A stretch of DNA of 64,000 nt from Candidatus Hodarchaeaceae archaeon (GCA_030018135.1 JASEGJ010000004.1:31-64030); one strand, 5' to 3'. Shown: positions 38,721 to 49,632, counted from the first letter of the stretch. The notes: generated from the sequence alone by a model not told the origin. A program made the numbers and translations.

Positions 38721-40730
38721 TTAGGTTAAGCCAGCTTCTACGTAGCCGACCTTCGCCTTGAGTTCCTCCACGATTTCTGGGTTCATGAGCGTCGTTACAT
38801 CGCCTATTGGCTCGCCCTTCATCAAACTTTTTAAAATCCGCCGCATGATCTTCCCGCTCCTCGTCTTCGGGAGGTCCGGCACAAAGAAGAGATTTTCGGG
38901 CTTGGCGGTGGGCCCTATGGCCTTGGTCACCCTAGCGATTATCTCCTTCGCGAGTTCCTCGGACGGCTGCCGGCCCTTTCGGAGTATCACGAACGCGACG
39001 GGGACCTCGCCCTTTATCTCATGGGGAGCAGGAACTACTGCCACCTCAGCCACTGCCTCGTGCTCGGTCAGCGCCGTTTCGACCTCAGCCGTCGCGAGCC
39101 TGTGCCCCGCGACCTTCATCACGTCGTCCTCCCTGCCACCCAGCCTGATGTTGTGCATCTCATCCCATACCCTGGCCCCATCGTGGGTGTAGTAAATTTC
39201 TTCGCCGTACCTGCTGAAGTAGAGCTCCTTGTACCTCTCAGGGTCCTTGTAGATACCTCTCAGCATGCCCGGCGCAAATGGGCTCAGCTGGACCAAACTT
39301 CCCGACCCACCGACACCCACCTTGTTGCCATTCTCATCTAGGACTGCGTGTCTCATACCCGGGAAGCTCCTTCCCGCGACGGTCGGGATGAATGGGCCTA
39401 TACCCGGCAGGGAGTTGATCAGGGTGCCGCCGGTCTCCGTCTGCCACCAGGTGTCGATGATCGGGCACCTCCCTCCTCCGATGTTGTGGAAGTACCAGAG
39501 CCAAGCCTCTCGATCGATGGGCTCGCCGACCGTGCCTAATATCCGGAGGCTGCTCAGGTCGTGCTTTCTCGGCCATTCCTCGCCACACTTCACAAACATC
39601 CTTATCGCAGTGGGCGCGGTGTAAAATATCGTCACGCCGTATTTTTCGACTATATCCCACCACCTGTCCGGCTCCGGGTAATCCGGGGCGCCCTCGTAGA
39701 TGAGCATGGTCGCGCCCAACAGGAGGGGGCCGTAGCAGGAGTAGGTATGCCCGGTGATCCAGCCGATGTCCGCGGTGCACCAAAAGAGGTCGTCGTCGTG
39801 AATGTCGAAGTCCCACTTCGATGTCCAATAGGCTTGCGTCAGGTACCCCCCGGTGGTGTGGACCACGCCCTTCGGCTTGCCAGTGGTGCCGCTGGTATAA
39901 AGGATGAACAGGATATCCTCGCTATCCATAGCCTCCGGCTCGCAATGGGCATCGGCGTCCTCCATCAACTCGTGCCACCAATGGTCCCTGCCCTCGACTA
40001 TGTCGACATCGAGGCCCGCCCTCCTGACGACCACGACATCCTTTACGGGGGTCCCCTCGACCCCCTTGTCGGCCTCGGCCTTGAGGTTGAGTACCTTGCC
40101 CCGCCGGTAGTAGCCGTCGGCCGTGATGAGCACCTTGGCTTCGGCATCCTTCAACCTGGACCTCAAGGAATCGGCACTGAACGCGGAAAATACCACGCTG
40201 TGTGCAGCCCCTATGCGGGCGCATGCGAGCATTGCGATTTGAACCTCAGGCATCATGGGCAGGTAGATGCCGACCCTGTCCCCCCTTTTTACGCCTAGGG
40301 ACTTCAAGACGTTGGCGAACTTATCGACCTCCCGATAAAGATCATAATAGGTCAACACCCTAGCTGGCTCATCGATCGGCTCGGGCTCCCATATAATCGC
40401 CGCCTTGTACCTCCTCCCGGTTTTTATGTGCCGATCGACGGCGTTGTAGGAGGCGTTTATCCTGCCCCCGACGAACCACTTGAAGTAAGGCGGGTTTCGC
40501 TCGTAGGTCCTATCCCATTCCTTGAACCAATGTAGCCCCTCTCGAGCGCGGTTGGCCCAAAATGCGGTTGGATCCTTATCGGCTTGCTCGTATATCGATT
40601 CATCGCTCACCCAGGCCATCTTTTTGAGCTCCTCGGATGGCCACCATACCTCCTTTTGCTTTGGGTCCTCCAGGACCCATTTGACCGACGCTGTGACCTT
40701 TTCGGATTTTTGTTCCACGATGATCCCCAA
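38721..40730 (-). CDS. acs: Acetyl-CoA synthetase (AMP-forming)
   Basis: Contains [15 protein letters not shown]-binding motif. 669 aa. Confidence 0.9.
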   Translation of the reverse strand: MGIIVEQKSEKVTASVKWVLEDPKQKEVWWPSEELKKMAWVSDESIYEQADKDPTAFWANRAREGLHWFKEWDRTYERNPPYFKWFVGGRINASYNAVDRHIKTGRRYKAAIIWEPEPIDEPARVLTYYDLYREVDKFANVLKSLGVKRGDRVGIYLPMMPEVQIAMLACARIGAAHSVVFSAFSADSLRSRLKDAEAKVLITADGYYRRGKVLNLKAEADKGVEGTPVKDVVVVRRAGLDVDIVEGRDHWWHELMEDADAHCEPEAMDSEDILFILYTSGTTGKPKGVVHTTGGYLTQAYWTSKWDFDIHDDDLFWCTADIGWITGHTYSCYGPLLLGATMLIYEGAPDYPEPDRWWDIVEKYGVTIFYTAPTAIRMFVKCGEEWPRKHDLSSLRILGTVGEPIDREAWLWYFHNIGGGRCPIIDTWWQTETGGTLINSLPGIGPFIPTVAGRSFPGMRHAVLDENGNKVGVGGSGSLVQLSPFAPGMLRGIYKDPERYKELYFSRYGEEIYYTHDGARVWDEMHNIRLGGREDDVMKVAGHRLATAEVETALTEHEAVAEVAVVPAPHEIKGEVPVAFVILRKGRQPSEELAKEIIARVTKAIGPTAKPENLFFVPDLPKTRSGKIMRRILKSLMKGEPIGDVTTLMNPEIVEELKAKVGYVEAGLT

Positions 40731-40929
40731 ATGTCAACTCATTAGCCTCACTTATTAAGCTTAAAAAACCCTTTCGCTTTTTTGTTTTTTGACCGTAACA
40801 GAAAGTATGCCGGCTCAATAGCGTGGTAAGTATACTTATCAAGGATTGACCGTCAATGACCGGTCAGTTAAGTTAAAATAGGGATCGGCGGGGAAATTAA
40901 ATGGGTGTCGGCTTAATAGGTGGGTCTGG

Positions 40930-41537
40930 ATGAAGGTTGGTGAGAGGTTCGCGCCTCACCCGAACTTGAAAAAAGTCTATTTTACTTATCTCGGGCTCGC
41001 AGCGATCGCCCCGTTGATCGCGACCCTGTTACCGATTTGGGCGGTGCCCACCTTTCGCCCTGAGGCGTGGCAGGCGGCTGGAGCCTACCTCTTCATCCCG
41101 TTGGCCATCGTGCTCGCGGTCCTTTGTTTCGTGGCCTATTGGATCGGGAGGTACTACCGCTCGATCTCCTTCACGCTCCGGAAAGATGAGGTGGTGGTTG
41201 AACGAGGGGTTTGGTGGAGGATGAGGCACACCCTCCCATACGCGCGCGTGATGTCCGTTGACATCATCCAAGGGCCGGTTTCAAGGCATTTTGGTGTTGG
41301 CTCCGTGCACGTGTATACGGCGGGGTACACGGGTCCGAAGGGCGGGACCGCGGGTCCCGGCGGCAGAGGTGCGGAGGCTGTATCTGGGGCGTGCCGAACT
41401 TCGTGAAGATGAGAGACGCGATCCTCGGGTTCGCGAAGGGGAGACCCCTTTTTGGGGCGCCCGGGGTTGCGGCACCCGACATCGGCCAGGAGATCCTGAA
41501 AGAGCTGAGAAAGATACGGAAGGTGGTGGAGAAGTAA
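40930..41537 (+). CDS. bPH_2/DUF304 (YdbT-like) membrane protein; frameshifted in this assembly at G-run 41386-41389
   Basis: Two TM segments plus PH-like domain (...GVGSVHVYTAG) in frame 1. The conserved C-terminus GVPNFVKMRDAILGFAKGRPLF...ILKELRKIRKVVEK* is in frame 3. One added G merges the two frames. Confidence 0.6.
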
Positions 41538-41605
41538 CATTCATCGCTTTAACATCCTTTTGCCAATCACTGCGCCTATCCCGCTTTGTTCTTGCAAAAA
41601 TCCTT

Positions 41606-41968
41606 TCAAGGCTTGTCCTCCTTATTCCTTAATCCATCGAGGCCCCGCTTGTTTAAGATTTGTTTAATTTCCTCGTCGCCGATAGGTGGGGGCATCGGGG
41701 GTGGGGCAGGTTTGATCAACCTCATCTTGCAGCGGCTGACAACCCAACTTAAGGGGAGCATATACGCAAGCACCGATGCACACATGTAAAGGGGTTGCAA
41801 GTTAAACGAGATCGCGGTAAGGATCGATAGGCACGCGATCGCCAGCCCGAGGGACGATGCTAGCTTGAACGTGCGTCGAGGGTCGCTGCGATAGAGCAAG
41901 AAAAGCCGGCCCCCGAGCCCAAGCAATAGGGTCTGGAAACCGAAGATCACGGAGCCGGAGAGGAGCAT
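41606..41968 (-). CDS. Hypothetical membrane protein with proline-rich tail
   Basis: Three hydrophobic segments followed by a KPAPPPMPPPIGDEE tail. The upstream part of the longer ORF overlaps nth and was trimmed. Confidence 0.3.
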   Translation of the reverse strand: MLLSGSVIFGFQTLLLGLGGRLFLLYRSDPRRTFKLASSLGLAIACLSILTAISFNLQPLYMCASVLAYMLPLSWVVSRCKMRLIKPAPPPMPPPIGDEEIKQILNKRGLDGLRNKEDKP

Positions 41969-42053
41969 GAAATAGATGACATATGTGGCATCCAAGTTCA
42001 CCGACACCCCAACAGCATGAATATATCGGCCCAAATTTAAGGATGGGGATGCC

Positions 42054-42731
42054 TTGGACGACCGCGAGCGAATGGTTAAAATCCTCGAACGCTTGAGCGC
42101 CGAGTTCGAGCCATGGAAGCAACGAGGCAAGGACCCGTTCGAGATACTCGTGCAAACTGTATTATCCCAGAACACCAACTGGCGTAACACCAAATTAGCG
42201 TTCGATCGCCTGACGAAAAAATTTAGGACGCCGAAGCAGCTCGCTGAGGCTGACGCGCGCGAGATACAAAAGTTGATAGAGCCTGCCGGCCTTCACCAGA
42301 TGAAATCCGGGCGGCTGAAACGGATAGCCCAAATCATATGCGATAAAGTCAACGGTGACCTCGGAAGGGTCATCCGCAAACCCATCGAAGAGGCGCGCGG
42401 CGAACTGTTGGCGTTGCCAGGCGTCGGCCATAAAACTGCGGATTGCGTTCTTCTGTTCGCCGCCGGGCGCGATGTGCTGCCCATCGACACCCACATCTTT
42501 AGGGTGGCCGAAAGGCTCGGCTTCACCAGCGCCGGGGATGATTACGAAGCCGTTAAGACGAGGCTCGAGGGTCTCGTCCCAAGCGGTCGGAGGGGCGAAG
42601 CACATATACTGCTGATCCAGCACGGTCGGCGCTATTGCAACGCGCGTGCGCCCCTGTGCAAAGATTGCCCGATTGGTGATTTGTGCCCGTATAAAAGCTC
42701 AAAAGCAAAAATTAGCCGAATAAAGTCGTAA
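42054..42731 (+). CDS. nth: Endonuclease III (HhH-GPD glycosylase with a 4Fe-4S loop)
   Basis: LPGVGHKTADCVLLFA HhH motif. C-terminal C-x6-C-x2-C-x5-C. Confidence 0.85.
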   Translation: MDDRERMVKILERLSAEFEPWKQRGKDPFEILVQTVLSQNTNWRNTKLAFDRLTKKFRTPKQLAEADAREIQKLIEPAGLHQMKSGRLKRIAQIICDKVNGDLGRVIRKPIEEARGELLALPGVGHKTADCVLLFAAGRDVLPIDTHIFRVAERLGFTSAGDDYEAVKTRLEGLVPSGRRGEAHILLIQHGRRYCNARAPLCKDCPIGDLCPYKSSKAKISRIKS

Positions 42732-42867
42732 ATCCTTTTTTCTGGTCTATTGATAACTTTTTTTGACTTTAAACGCCTAAATCTCCTGAATTAACTAACT
42801 CGTGTGGTCGACGACGTAAACTATTTGTTTTCCAAAGTGCAAAAAAATTTATTAAGGAGGCAGTGCG

Positions 42868-43158
42868 ATGCTCGTCGAGCTGGGGGCCGGATTGCTTTCC
42901 ATAGCCGCTGCGAGCTACGTACTCTGGAGGATGCACACTAGGGCAATAGCACGAAACCAGATGCGGCGATACAAAATGACGGAAGGGGGATCTGGTGAGC
43001 TACCAGCGGGGGTACCGATCCAAAAGTGTTGCGGAAGGCCAATGGAGCCAATCGAACGTCGGGGAACTTGGATCATCTTGAGTTGCGCTCGATGTGGACA
43101 ACAGTCGGAAAAACGCATGCCGAACTCAAGAGGATCGTACCTTGGGCGCGGACCCTAG
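42868..43158 (+). CDS. Small TM plus zinc-ribbon hypothetical protein
   Basis: Strong RBS AAGGAGG. One TM segment. CCGRP...CARCG. Confidence 0.4.
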   Translation: MLVELGAGLLSIAAASYVLWRMHTRAIARNQMRRYKMTEGGSGELPAGVPIQKCCGRPMEPIERRGTWIILSCARCGQQSEKRMPNSRGSYLGRGP

Positions 43159-43170
43159 CAGACCATTTGA

Positions 43171-44586
43171 TTATCGGCTTGCGCCCAGCCCGAACTCAGC
43201 GTGCAGGGCGCGCACGGCCCTCACGGCATCCCTTTCGTCGACCGCAAACGAGATGTTGAGTTCGGAGGATCCCTGAGCTATCATCAGGATGTTTATGCCC
43301 TCTCGGCCCATCGTCCCGAACACGCGCGCGGCTACGCCAGGAGTGCCTTTCATACCCGCGCCGACCGTGGCGATCACGCTCGCGCTTCGATCGTAGTCTA
43401 TGCGCCAGTCGATGTGGCGCGCGGCGAACTCCGTGTGCAGCGCTCGAAGTGCGGTTTCCAAGTCCCCGCGCCCGACGATGAAGCTTATGTTCGCCTGTGA
43501 CGAGCTTTGCGATATCATCAACACCTTAACATTGGCATTGGCCAGGATTTCGAAAACGGTTGCTGCCACTCCCAGCGTGCCTATCATACCTGGCCCTCCG
43601 ACGGTTATTATCGCAACTTCCTTGCTCGCGGTTATCGCCTTTACTATACCCTCGATCTCCCTCGGCTCCTTGACTATCAGCGTGCCAGCGTGCGACGGGT
43701 TAAAAGCGTTGCGCACCCGCACCGGAATGCCCAGCTCCATGGCCGGTTCGATTGTCTTGGGGTGGAGCACCTTCGCACCGAAGTATGCGAGCTCTGTGGC
43801 CTCTAGATACGAAATCGTCTCGATTACCTTAGCGCTTGGCTCAGCCTTTGGGTCGGCGGTCATGATGCCATCCACATCGGTCATTATCCATATCTCATCA
43901 ACTTTCAGGGCAGCGCCGATGATAGATGCGGAGTAATCCGAACCGCCTCGACCGAGCGTCGTCACGGTTCCGTTCTCGGTGCCCGCTACAAAGCCGGTCA
44001 CCACGGGCAACTTTCCCTGCGCGAGAAGCCTGCTCAATCGCTGCCGCACAAGCTTGCGCGTTCGTTCGAGCTTCGGTCGAGCCTCGGTGTAGCGCTCGTC
44101 GGTGATGATACCGGCTTCAAAACCGGTCAGGTGGCAAGATGGCACCCCCAGCGCCTTTATCGCCCCCGCGAGTATCGGCGCGGACAGGCGCTCTCCAAAC
44201 GACATTATCAAATCCTGTGACCGCAGGGAAAGCTCGCCGAGGTGCGCGATGCCGGTAAGTGCGCGCTCCAATCCATCGAGTGCATCCTTGACCGCGCGGG
44301 TCGTTTGGTGGAGCACATCCTTGTCGTCGATTGCAACTCGACAGGCTTGAAAATGTTTGTTTGAAATGTGATCCATGAACTCGGAAATCAGCTGCTTCGG
44401 ATTTGCGCGAGGTTCGATTAATTTGTGAGAGATCTCTATTAACTCATCCGTGATGCCGGCCATTGCGGAAGTCACGACGACCACCTTGTCGCCCCTCCGA
44501 TGGCGATCCACCGCCAGCCGCGCGGCGTTGAGTATGCTTTTCCCGTCTTTAACCGGGACCCCGCCGAATTTAATGACGAGTCGCAT
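43171..44586 (-). CDS. lysC: Aspartate kinase (with ACT domains)
   Basis: MRLVIKFGG...VVVVTSAMAGITD kinase motif. Two ACT repeats. 471 aa. Confidence 0.9.
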   Translation of the reverse strand: MRLVIKFGGVPVKDGKSILNAARLAVDRHRRGDKVVVVTSAMAGITDELIEISHKLIEPRANPKQLISEFMDHISNKHFQACRVAIDDKDVLHQTTRAVKDALDGLERALTGIAHLGELSLRSQDLIMSFGERLSAPILAGAIKALGVPSCHLTGFEAGIITDERYTEARPKLERTRKLVRQRLSRLLAQGKLPVVTGFVAGTENGTVTTLGRGGSDYSASIIGAALKVDEIWIMTDVDGIMTADPKAEPSAKVIETISYLEATELAYFGAKVLHPKTIEPAMELGIPVRVRNAFNPSHAGTLIVKEPREIEGIVKAITASKEVAIITVGGPGMIGTLGVAATVFEILANANVKVLMISQSSSQANISFIVGRGDLETALRALHTEFAARHIDWRIDYDRSASVIATVGAGMKGTPGVAARVFGTMGREGINILMIAQGSSELNISFAVDERDAVRAVRALHAEFGLGASR

Positions 44587-44926
44587 GTTCCTCCCTCGAG
44601 TAGTACGCGTCCAATTGCTCGCATATTACCTTTGCTAGGATATGGTAACACATATCCGCATCGACCTTTTCGGTGACGACATTTAGGACATAATCGCGGC
44701 AGGTGCAGTACGTGCGGACCACCTCGTATTCATCGCCCTTGCCGCGCACGAACCAGCGATCGTTTTGCTTTACGACACCGCCCCTTTGTATGGCCTCGAG
44801 GGCTTTACTCCCCCTCGACCCGTAGACGCTTACGATCGCCTGTTTCATGTCGTCCGTCAGCTCGCCAACTTCGCGCAGCCGGTTAAACAGCTCCCTCTTT
44901 TTGTGCAGAAAGGCGTCGGAAACCAT
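44570..44926 (-). CDS. SWIM zinc-finger protein
   Basis: CTCRDY...C.H SWIM signature. Start chosen at MVSDAF; the longer ORF overlaps the ksgA start. The 3' end overlaps the lysC start by 17 nt. Confidence 0.5.
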   Translation of the reverse strand: MVSDAFLHKKRELFNRLREVGELTDDMKQAIVSVYGSRGSKALEAIQRGGVVKQNDRWFVRGKGDEYEVVRTYCTCRDYVLNVVTEKVDADMCYHILAKVICEQLDAYYSREEHATRH

Positions 44927-44975
44927 GACAACCCCAATCACATAACCATATTTCCAAGGATAAAACCATAAAAAC

Positions 44976-45830
44976 ATGGATCGAATGAACAGAGTGCCTG
45001 CCCTTCTGCGCAAATATGGCATACGGCTGAGCAAACGTACAGGGCAGCCCCATGTGGTACATTCCGATATATTGAGTAGGATGGTAGACCACGCCCAGGT
45101 TTCGGGCCGGGACCATGTGCTTGAAATCGGTGCTGGCATCGGCAACCTAACGCAATTGCTCGCGGAGCGGGCCGGCAAGGTTATTGCGGTGGAGCAGGAC
45201 AAAAAGCTTTTTCAAGCATTGAAGGAGCAACTAAAGGGCTGCACAAACGTCGACCTTATACACGCGAATGTCCTGCGCATCGAGCTGCCACGGTTCAACA
45301 AGGTCGTCGCAAACCTGCCCTACAGCATTTCCTCCGACATCACCTTCAAACTCCTCGAGCGCAGTTTTGAGCTAGCGGTTTTAATGTACCAAAGGGAATT
45401 TGCTCGGCGGCTCGTGGCCCCGCCGGGCTCCCACGATTACGGCCGCCTGACGGTGAACGTATACTATCGCGCACGGGTTGAGCTGTTGGAGGAAATACCG
45501 CCAACAGCTTTTATCCCCCGGCCGAAGGTCTCGTCGACAATCGTGAGGCTGAGGCCACGTGACCCGCCGTTTACGGTTACGGATGAGGAACTGTTCTTTG
45601 ACGTCGTTCGGGCACTATTTCAACACAGGCGCCAAAGGGTGCGCAACGCACTGTATCATTCCTTCAACGAAGTCTTTCCGAAGGCGAGGTCCAAGCCGGA
45701 AAGGCGCAAGATGATAGATGAAACGATCCCGAAAGAGTTGGCCAACAGCAGGGTTATGGATCTTCCGCCGGAAAGGCTGGGCACGATCGCCAATTGCATC
45801 GCATCTAGTCCAAGAAATCTTCCGGTTTAG
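44976..45830 (+). CDS. rsmA: 16S rRNA (adenine1518/1519-N6)-dimethyltransferase KsgA/Dim1
   Basis: VLEIGAGIGNLT SAM motif. NLPYSISS motif. 284 aa. Confidence 0.85.
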   Translation: MDRMNRVPALLRKYGIRLSKRTGQPHVVHSDILSRMVDHAQVSGRDHVLEIGAGIGNLTQLLAERAGKVIAVEQDKKLFQALKEQLKGCTNVDLIHANVLRIELPRFNKVVANLPYSISSDITFKLLERSFELAVLMYQREFARRLVAPPGSHDYGRLTVNVYYRARVELLEEIPPTAFIPRPKVSSTIVRLRPRDPPFTVTDEELFFDVVRALFQHRRQRVRNALYHSFNEVFPKARSKPERRKMIDETIPKELANSRVMDLPPERLGTIANCIASSPRNLPV

Positions 45831-47991
45831 GCGGTTCGGGCTTTAAGCCCTTGCGCTTACGGGTCTCCCGGATTGTTTGCTCCTGCAGTTCGCGTGGCAT
45901 TGGCTCAAATCTGTCGAACTCCGTGCCCCAGATCGCCCGCCCTTCGGTTTCAGACCGCATCTCGGCCGCAAGCCCGAAGGAGTTGGCGACTGGCAGGGAA
46001 GCCCTGATGACGGCGATATCCTCCTCGGATTCCATGGAGATTATGCGCCCGCGGCGCCCCTGCACCACCTTCGTGCTGCCGCCCAGAAACTCTTGGGGCA
46101 CGCGCACCTCGAGTTTTAGGATCGGTTCGAGGACGATTGGGTTCGCCATAAGCATCGCTGCCTGAATCGCCCGCCTGACCGCGGGTACTATCTGCGCCGG
46201 ACCGCGGTGGACGGAATCCTCGTGCAGCGACGCATCCGTGATGAGCACCTTCAGTCCCCGCGTCGGCTCGCGCATGAGCGGGCCCTCGTTTACGACTTCG
46301 GTAAAAGCTTCGATGACGTAGTCCTCGACCTCCCGCATGTATTGTACGCCCTTTGTAACGTCAGTCAGGACGTTGGGGCCGACGATCGTCACAATGCCCC
46401 GCGCTGCATCCGTATCCCAGCCGAGTTCGCGCAATACATTAGCGCGCTCCTTGCGCTCCTGCTTAACGTAGACCTTCCCCTCCTCGATGGCCTTGATCAC
46501 CTCGGGCTCAATCGGTTCGACTGAAATCATGAAACGATTGTGCTTGTTCGGCGACTTGCCCTCGACTGGCCCAGCTTCGCTTGTGACCGTCTCACGGTAG
46601 ACGACAATCGGCTCTGATGCTTTGACCTCCAAGCCAGCTTCCTTAAGTCTGTATTCAACTATCTCGAGGTGCAGCTCGCCCATGCCCGACACGAGATACT
46701 CGCCGGTCTCCTCATTTATCTTTACGCGGACGTTCGGGTCCTCGCGCGAGATCTTCTTGAGTTCGGTTACCAACCGCGGCAGATCTTGGAAGTTCTTGGG
46801 CTCAACCGCCACGGTTACGACCGGTTCGCTCACATACCGAAGCTCCTCAAAGCCCCTTCCCTCGACCCCCAGCTCGACCAGCGTCTCCCCAACGTACGCC
46901 TCCTTCATGCCTATGATAGCTGCGATGTTCCCTGCCGGCACCCTATCCACCATAACGCGGTCCGGCCCCATGTAGACGCCGACCTGCTGGACCCGCGCCT
47001 CTTGGTTTGTGCCCACGAGCCTGACGGCCTTCCCCTTCTCAAGCGTTCCCGAAAAAACTCGCCCGGTCGATATGACGCCCGCGTGTTCGTCGACGATGAT
47101 ATCGGTTACAACCATGCAGATTTTACCGTCCGGATTGCACATGGTCATGTCTTCGCCGAGTTCGCTGTTTGGGTCGCCCTTCCATATTACCGGTATACGG
47201 TCGGCCTGCGCCTGCTTCGGGTTCGGCAGGTGGCGGATTACCGTATCGAGAATAACTTCGTACAGGGGGCTCTTCCTCGCGAGCTCCGCCTGAGTACCGC
47301 TTTTGTAGGCGTCAATGATATCCTTGAAGGTGATGTTCTTCTTCTTCATCTGTATCATGGATACCGCCCACTTTTCCTTGGCCGAGCCGAATGCGACCGA
47401 ACCGCCCTCGACGCTAACTTGCCACCGCTCAGCGACATCTGGTGGAGCGTACCTGCGGATGAGCTGGTTGAACTTGGTTATGATTTTAACGAAGCGCTCC
47501 TGCATGCCCTCGGGCGTTAACCTAAGCTCGTCGATTAAGCGGTCGACCTTATTGATAAAAAGCACTGGACGGGCGCGCTCGCGCAACGCTTGGCGCAACA
47601 CGGTTTCGGTCTGCACCATGACGCCCTCGACCGCATCGACGACGACGACGACACCATCTATGGCGCGCAGCGCCCTGGTCACATCTCCGCTGAAATCGAC
47701 ATGTCCAGGCGTGTCGAGCAAGTTAATCATATATTCCTTCCCCTCGTGTGTATGTGCGAGGCTAACCGCCGCGGTCTGGATGGTGATGCCTCGTTGCTGT
47801 TCGACCTCAAGGAAGTCCGTGAAGAGCTGTTCGCCCGCGAGTTCGAAGCTTATGATGCCCGAGGCAGCGACGAGACTATCGGTAAGCGTGGTCTTGCCGT
47901 GGTCCACGTGGGCGACGATGCCTATGTTGCGTATGCGCTCGGGCTGCCACATGAGTTTTTGGATATCCGCCAGGTGCTTGTAGCGCCGCAT
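45805..47991 (-). CDS. fusA: Elongation factor 2 (aEF-2)
   Basis: Contains AHVDHGKTT G1 motif. Diphthamide-site HRG in DSVHRGPAQI. 728 aa. Confidence 0.95.
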   Translation of the reverse strand: MRRYKHLADIQKLMWQPERIRNIGIVAHVDHGKTTLTDSLVAASGIISFELAGEQLFTDFLEVEQQRGITIQTAAVSLAHTHEGKEYMINLLDTPGHVDFSGDVTRALRAIDGVVVVVDAVEGVMVQTETVLRQALRERARPVLFINKVDRLIDELRLTPEGMQERFVKIITKFNQLIRRYAPPDVAERWQVSVEGGSVAFGSAKEKWAVSMIQMKKKNITFKDIIDAYKSGTQAELARKSPLYEVILDTVIRHLPNPKQAQADRIPVIWKGDPNSELGEDMTMCNPDGKICMVVTDIIVDEHAGVISTGRVFSGTLEKGKAVRLVGTNQEARVQQVGVYMGPDRVMVDRVPAGNIAAIIGMKEAYVGETLVELGVEGRGFEELRYVSEPVVTVAVEPKNFQDLPRLVTELKKISREDPNVRVKINEETGEYLVSGMGELHLEIVEYRLKEAGLEVKASEPIVVYRETVTSEAGPVEGKSPNKHNRFMISVEPIEPEVIKAIEEGKVYVKQERKERANVLRELGWDTDAARGIVTIVGPNVLTDVTKGVQYMREVEDYVIEAFTEVVNEGPLMREPTRGLKVLITDASLHEDSVHRGPAQIVPAVRRAIQAAMLMANPIVLEPILKLEVRVPQEFLGGSTKVVQGRRGRIISMESEEDIAVIRASLPVANSFGLAAEMRSETEGRAIWGTEFDRFEPMPRELQEQTIRETRKRKGLKPEPPKPEDFLD

Positions 47992-48063
47992 GCATATCCC
48001 CGAATTTAACTTATGATGTATACTTGGTTTTATCGGTAAAAAACAACCGCGGGGTATTAAAAG

Positions 48064-49275
48064 CTATCGGAATAGCAGCTTGTCCGACTCGATCCCCTTC
48101 TCCTCCGTTGGTTCTGGGAACTCCCTCGGCAGCTGGTCCGGCCCCTGACCTATGCCGATCGTGTTTCCGATGCCAGCCACGACCACCACATCGCCTCGCT
48201 TGGTGCGCTCTCGCATCGCTTGCTTTACCCTCTCCGTCGTGAAATCCACGGCCCTTGCAAGGCGTTTGTTGAGCGGGGTGATCGCCTCCTTGAAGGATTC
48301 CTTTATGATTATTGCATCGACCGGTATGCCGTGCTTGACCGCGACCTCCTCGATCTTGTACTTTTCCGTGGGCGGCCCTCCGATCGCGGCTCCTACGCCC
48401 TCTATAACGTGCCCGCTCGCTTCGCCCTCGAGCTTCAGCCCAGCGTCGATCATGATGATGCGGTCGACCTTTCGTCGCTTTATCAGGCGCGCGATGAGTT
48501 CGCCCGGTTTCCCGACCCTGCCCCCCGGACCTTTGGCCTTGACCACGATCAGCTTGCGCCCGTCAAACTTGGTCTCAGCGTAAACGGTATCCTCGGCTAA
48601 CTCCTTGCAAGACGCATTGTCCATCAGCTTGGCGGCCACCATGGCGCCGACGCCGTCGCCGATCGGCTTGCCGTCCGCAAATGTCTTGGTGGCGTCGAGG
48701 TATGCCTTTGCATATTCCTTCAAGATTGGCATCTGCATCTGGAGGATCATGATCAGCTGATAGCTCTTGGTCTTCTCGGCGAGCAACATGAAGTGGCGCA
48801 CCACGCGGAAGATCCAGTAGCTCGCCATCGCCCCCTCTATGGTCATCTCCAAGTTCGCGGCGGTCTCCTCGTCGGCGTTTGGGGCGAAGCGTGCGACCGC
48901 GCCCTCGAAGCGCTTCTTCCGTACATCGAGCACGTGCTCAAGCCTTTGGATCACGCCCGCGGGGTCGTCGCTCACGGGCTCGATCGTGAAGAACTCGAGA
49001 AAATTGTCGAAGTCCTTCTCGATATCTCGCTTTGGTCGGCCATACTTTGTTATCGTGCTGAGAGCTATCCTTCGGCCCTCCTTGGCCCACTTCTCAAGCT
49101 CGTTGACAGATTTGCGCACCTGCCCAATCACTAGGCGCGATTGGAAGGTCAGCAGGTAGGGTGTGAAGTAGCTCCACACAAAGCCGAGTAGTAGGAGGAC
49201 CACTATCCATACTAGAATGCTCTCTAGGCTGATGTCGAACAATGGCATGTTTACCCAATCCCTTATCGACTTCAC
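48064..49275 (-). CDS. Conserved archaeal membrane-anchored protein (DUF1512-like)
   Basis: N-terminal TM segment. 403 aa. Conserved-looking composition. The family assignment is from memory and tentative. Confidence 0.45.
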   Translation of the reverse strand: MKSIRDWVNMPLFDISLESILVWIVVLLLLGFVWSYFTPYLLTFQSRLVIGQVRKSVNELEKWAKEGRRIALSTITKYGRPKRDIEKDFDNFLEFFTIEPVSDDPAGVIQRLEHVLDVRKKRFEGAVARFAPNADEETAANLEMTIEGAMASYWIFRVVRHFMLLAEKTKSYQLIMILQMQMPILKEYAKAYLDATKTFADGKPIGDGVGAMVAAKLMDNASCKELAEDTVYAETKFDGRKLIVVKAKGPGGRVGKPGELIARLIKRRKVDRIIMIDAGLKLEGEASGHVIEGVGAAIGGPPTEKYKIEEVAVKHGIPVDAIIIKESFKEAITPLNKRLARAVDFTTERVKQAMRERTKRGDVVVVAGIGNTIGIGQGPDQLPREFPEPTEEKGIESDKLLFR

Positions 49276-49460
49276 TTCATAAAGTTTTAGCTATCGAATC
49301 ATCGACCGAATATAAAGAATTTTTCGCGTACATTTTAACCGAGTATGGATGAGTTCGAGAAGCGGCGGTGTTAGCATCCACCATGAACTGTACACGCAGA
49401 GGAAAATGCTTGAACGTTTAAGGGAGTTAAATAAAGTATTGGAAGGAAAAATAAGACTGT

Positions 49461-49567
49461 GCGGGGGTAGCCAAGCCTGGTCAAAGAGGCGTTTAGTACG
49501 CCTTGGAAGCGCAGGCTTCAGGAGCCTGTCCCGTAGGGGTTCCGGGGTTCAAATCCCCGCCCCCGCA
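49461..49567 (+). tRNA. tRNA-Leu (anticodon CAG) with an insertion (intron) of about 20 nt in the D-arm region; CCA not encoded
   Basis: Acceptor GCGGGGG/CCCCCGC+A. Anticodon arm CAGGC-TTCAGGA-GCCTG. Long variable arm TCCCGTAGGGGTTC. T-arm CGGGG-TTCAAAT-CCCCG. The D region is 41 nt and contains an AGGCGTTTAGTACGCCT hairpin. Confidence 0.8.
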
Positions 49568-49604
49568 TAATTCTTAGGTGCTTTTGTAAGATTTACCGGT
49601 AAAA

Positions 49605-49632
49605 AGGGGCTTAAATCCCCTCCCCCGCACCA
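49605..49632 (+). repeat. Partial duplicate of the tRNA-Leu 3' end (T-arm, acceptor 3' strand and CCA) 38 nt downstream of the gene
   Basis: AGGGGCTTAAATCCCCTCCCCCGCACCA compared with the tRNA 3' end CGGGGTTCAAATCCCCGCCCCCGCA. Confidence 0.5.

Noticed and set aside
39561-40298. 245-aa plus-strand ORF, with similar long antisense ORFs inside aEF-2 (46669-47520) and elsewhere
   Set aside because: They are antisense to strongly supported genes (acs, fusA). This is a typical artefact of high-GC sequence.
49349-49570. 73-aa plus-strand ORF
   Set aside because: It runs through tRNA-Leu(CAG). tRNA structure explains the sequence conservation.
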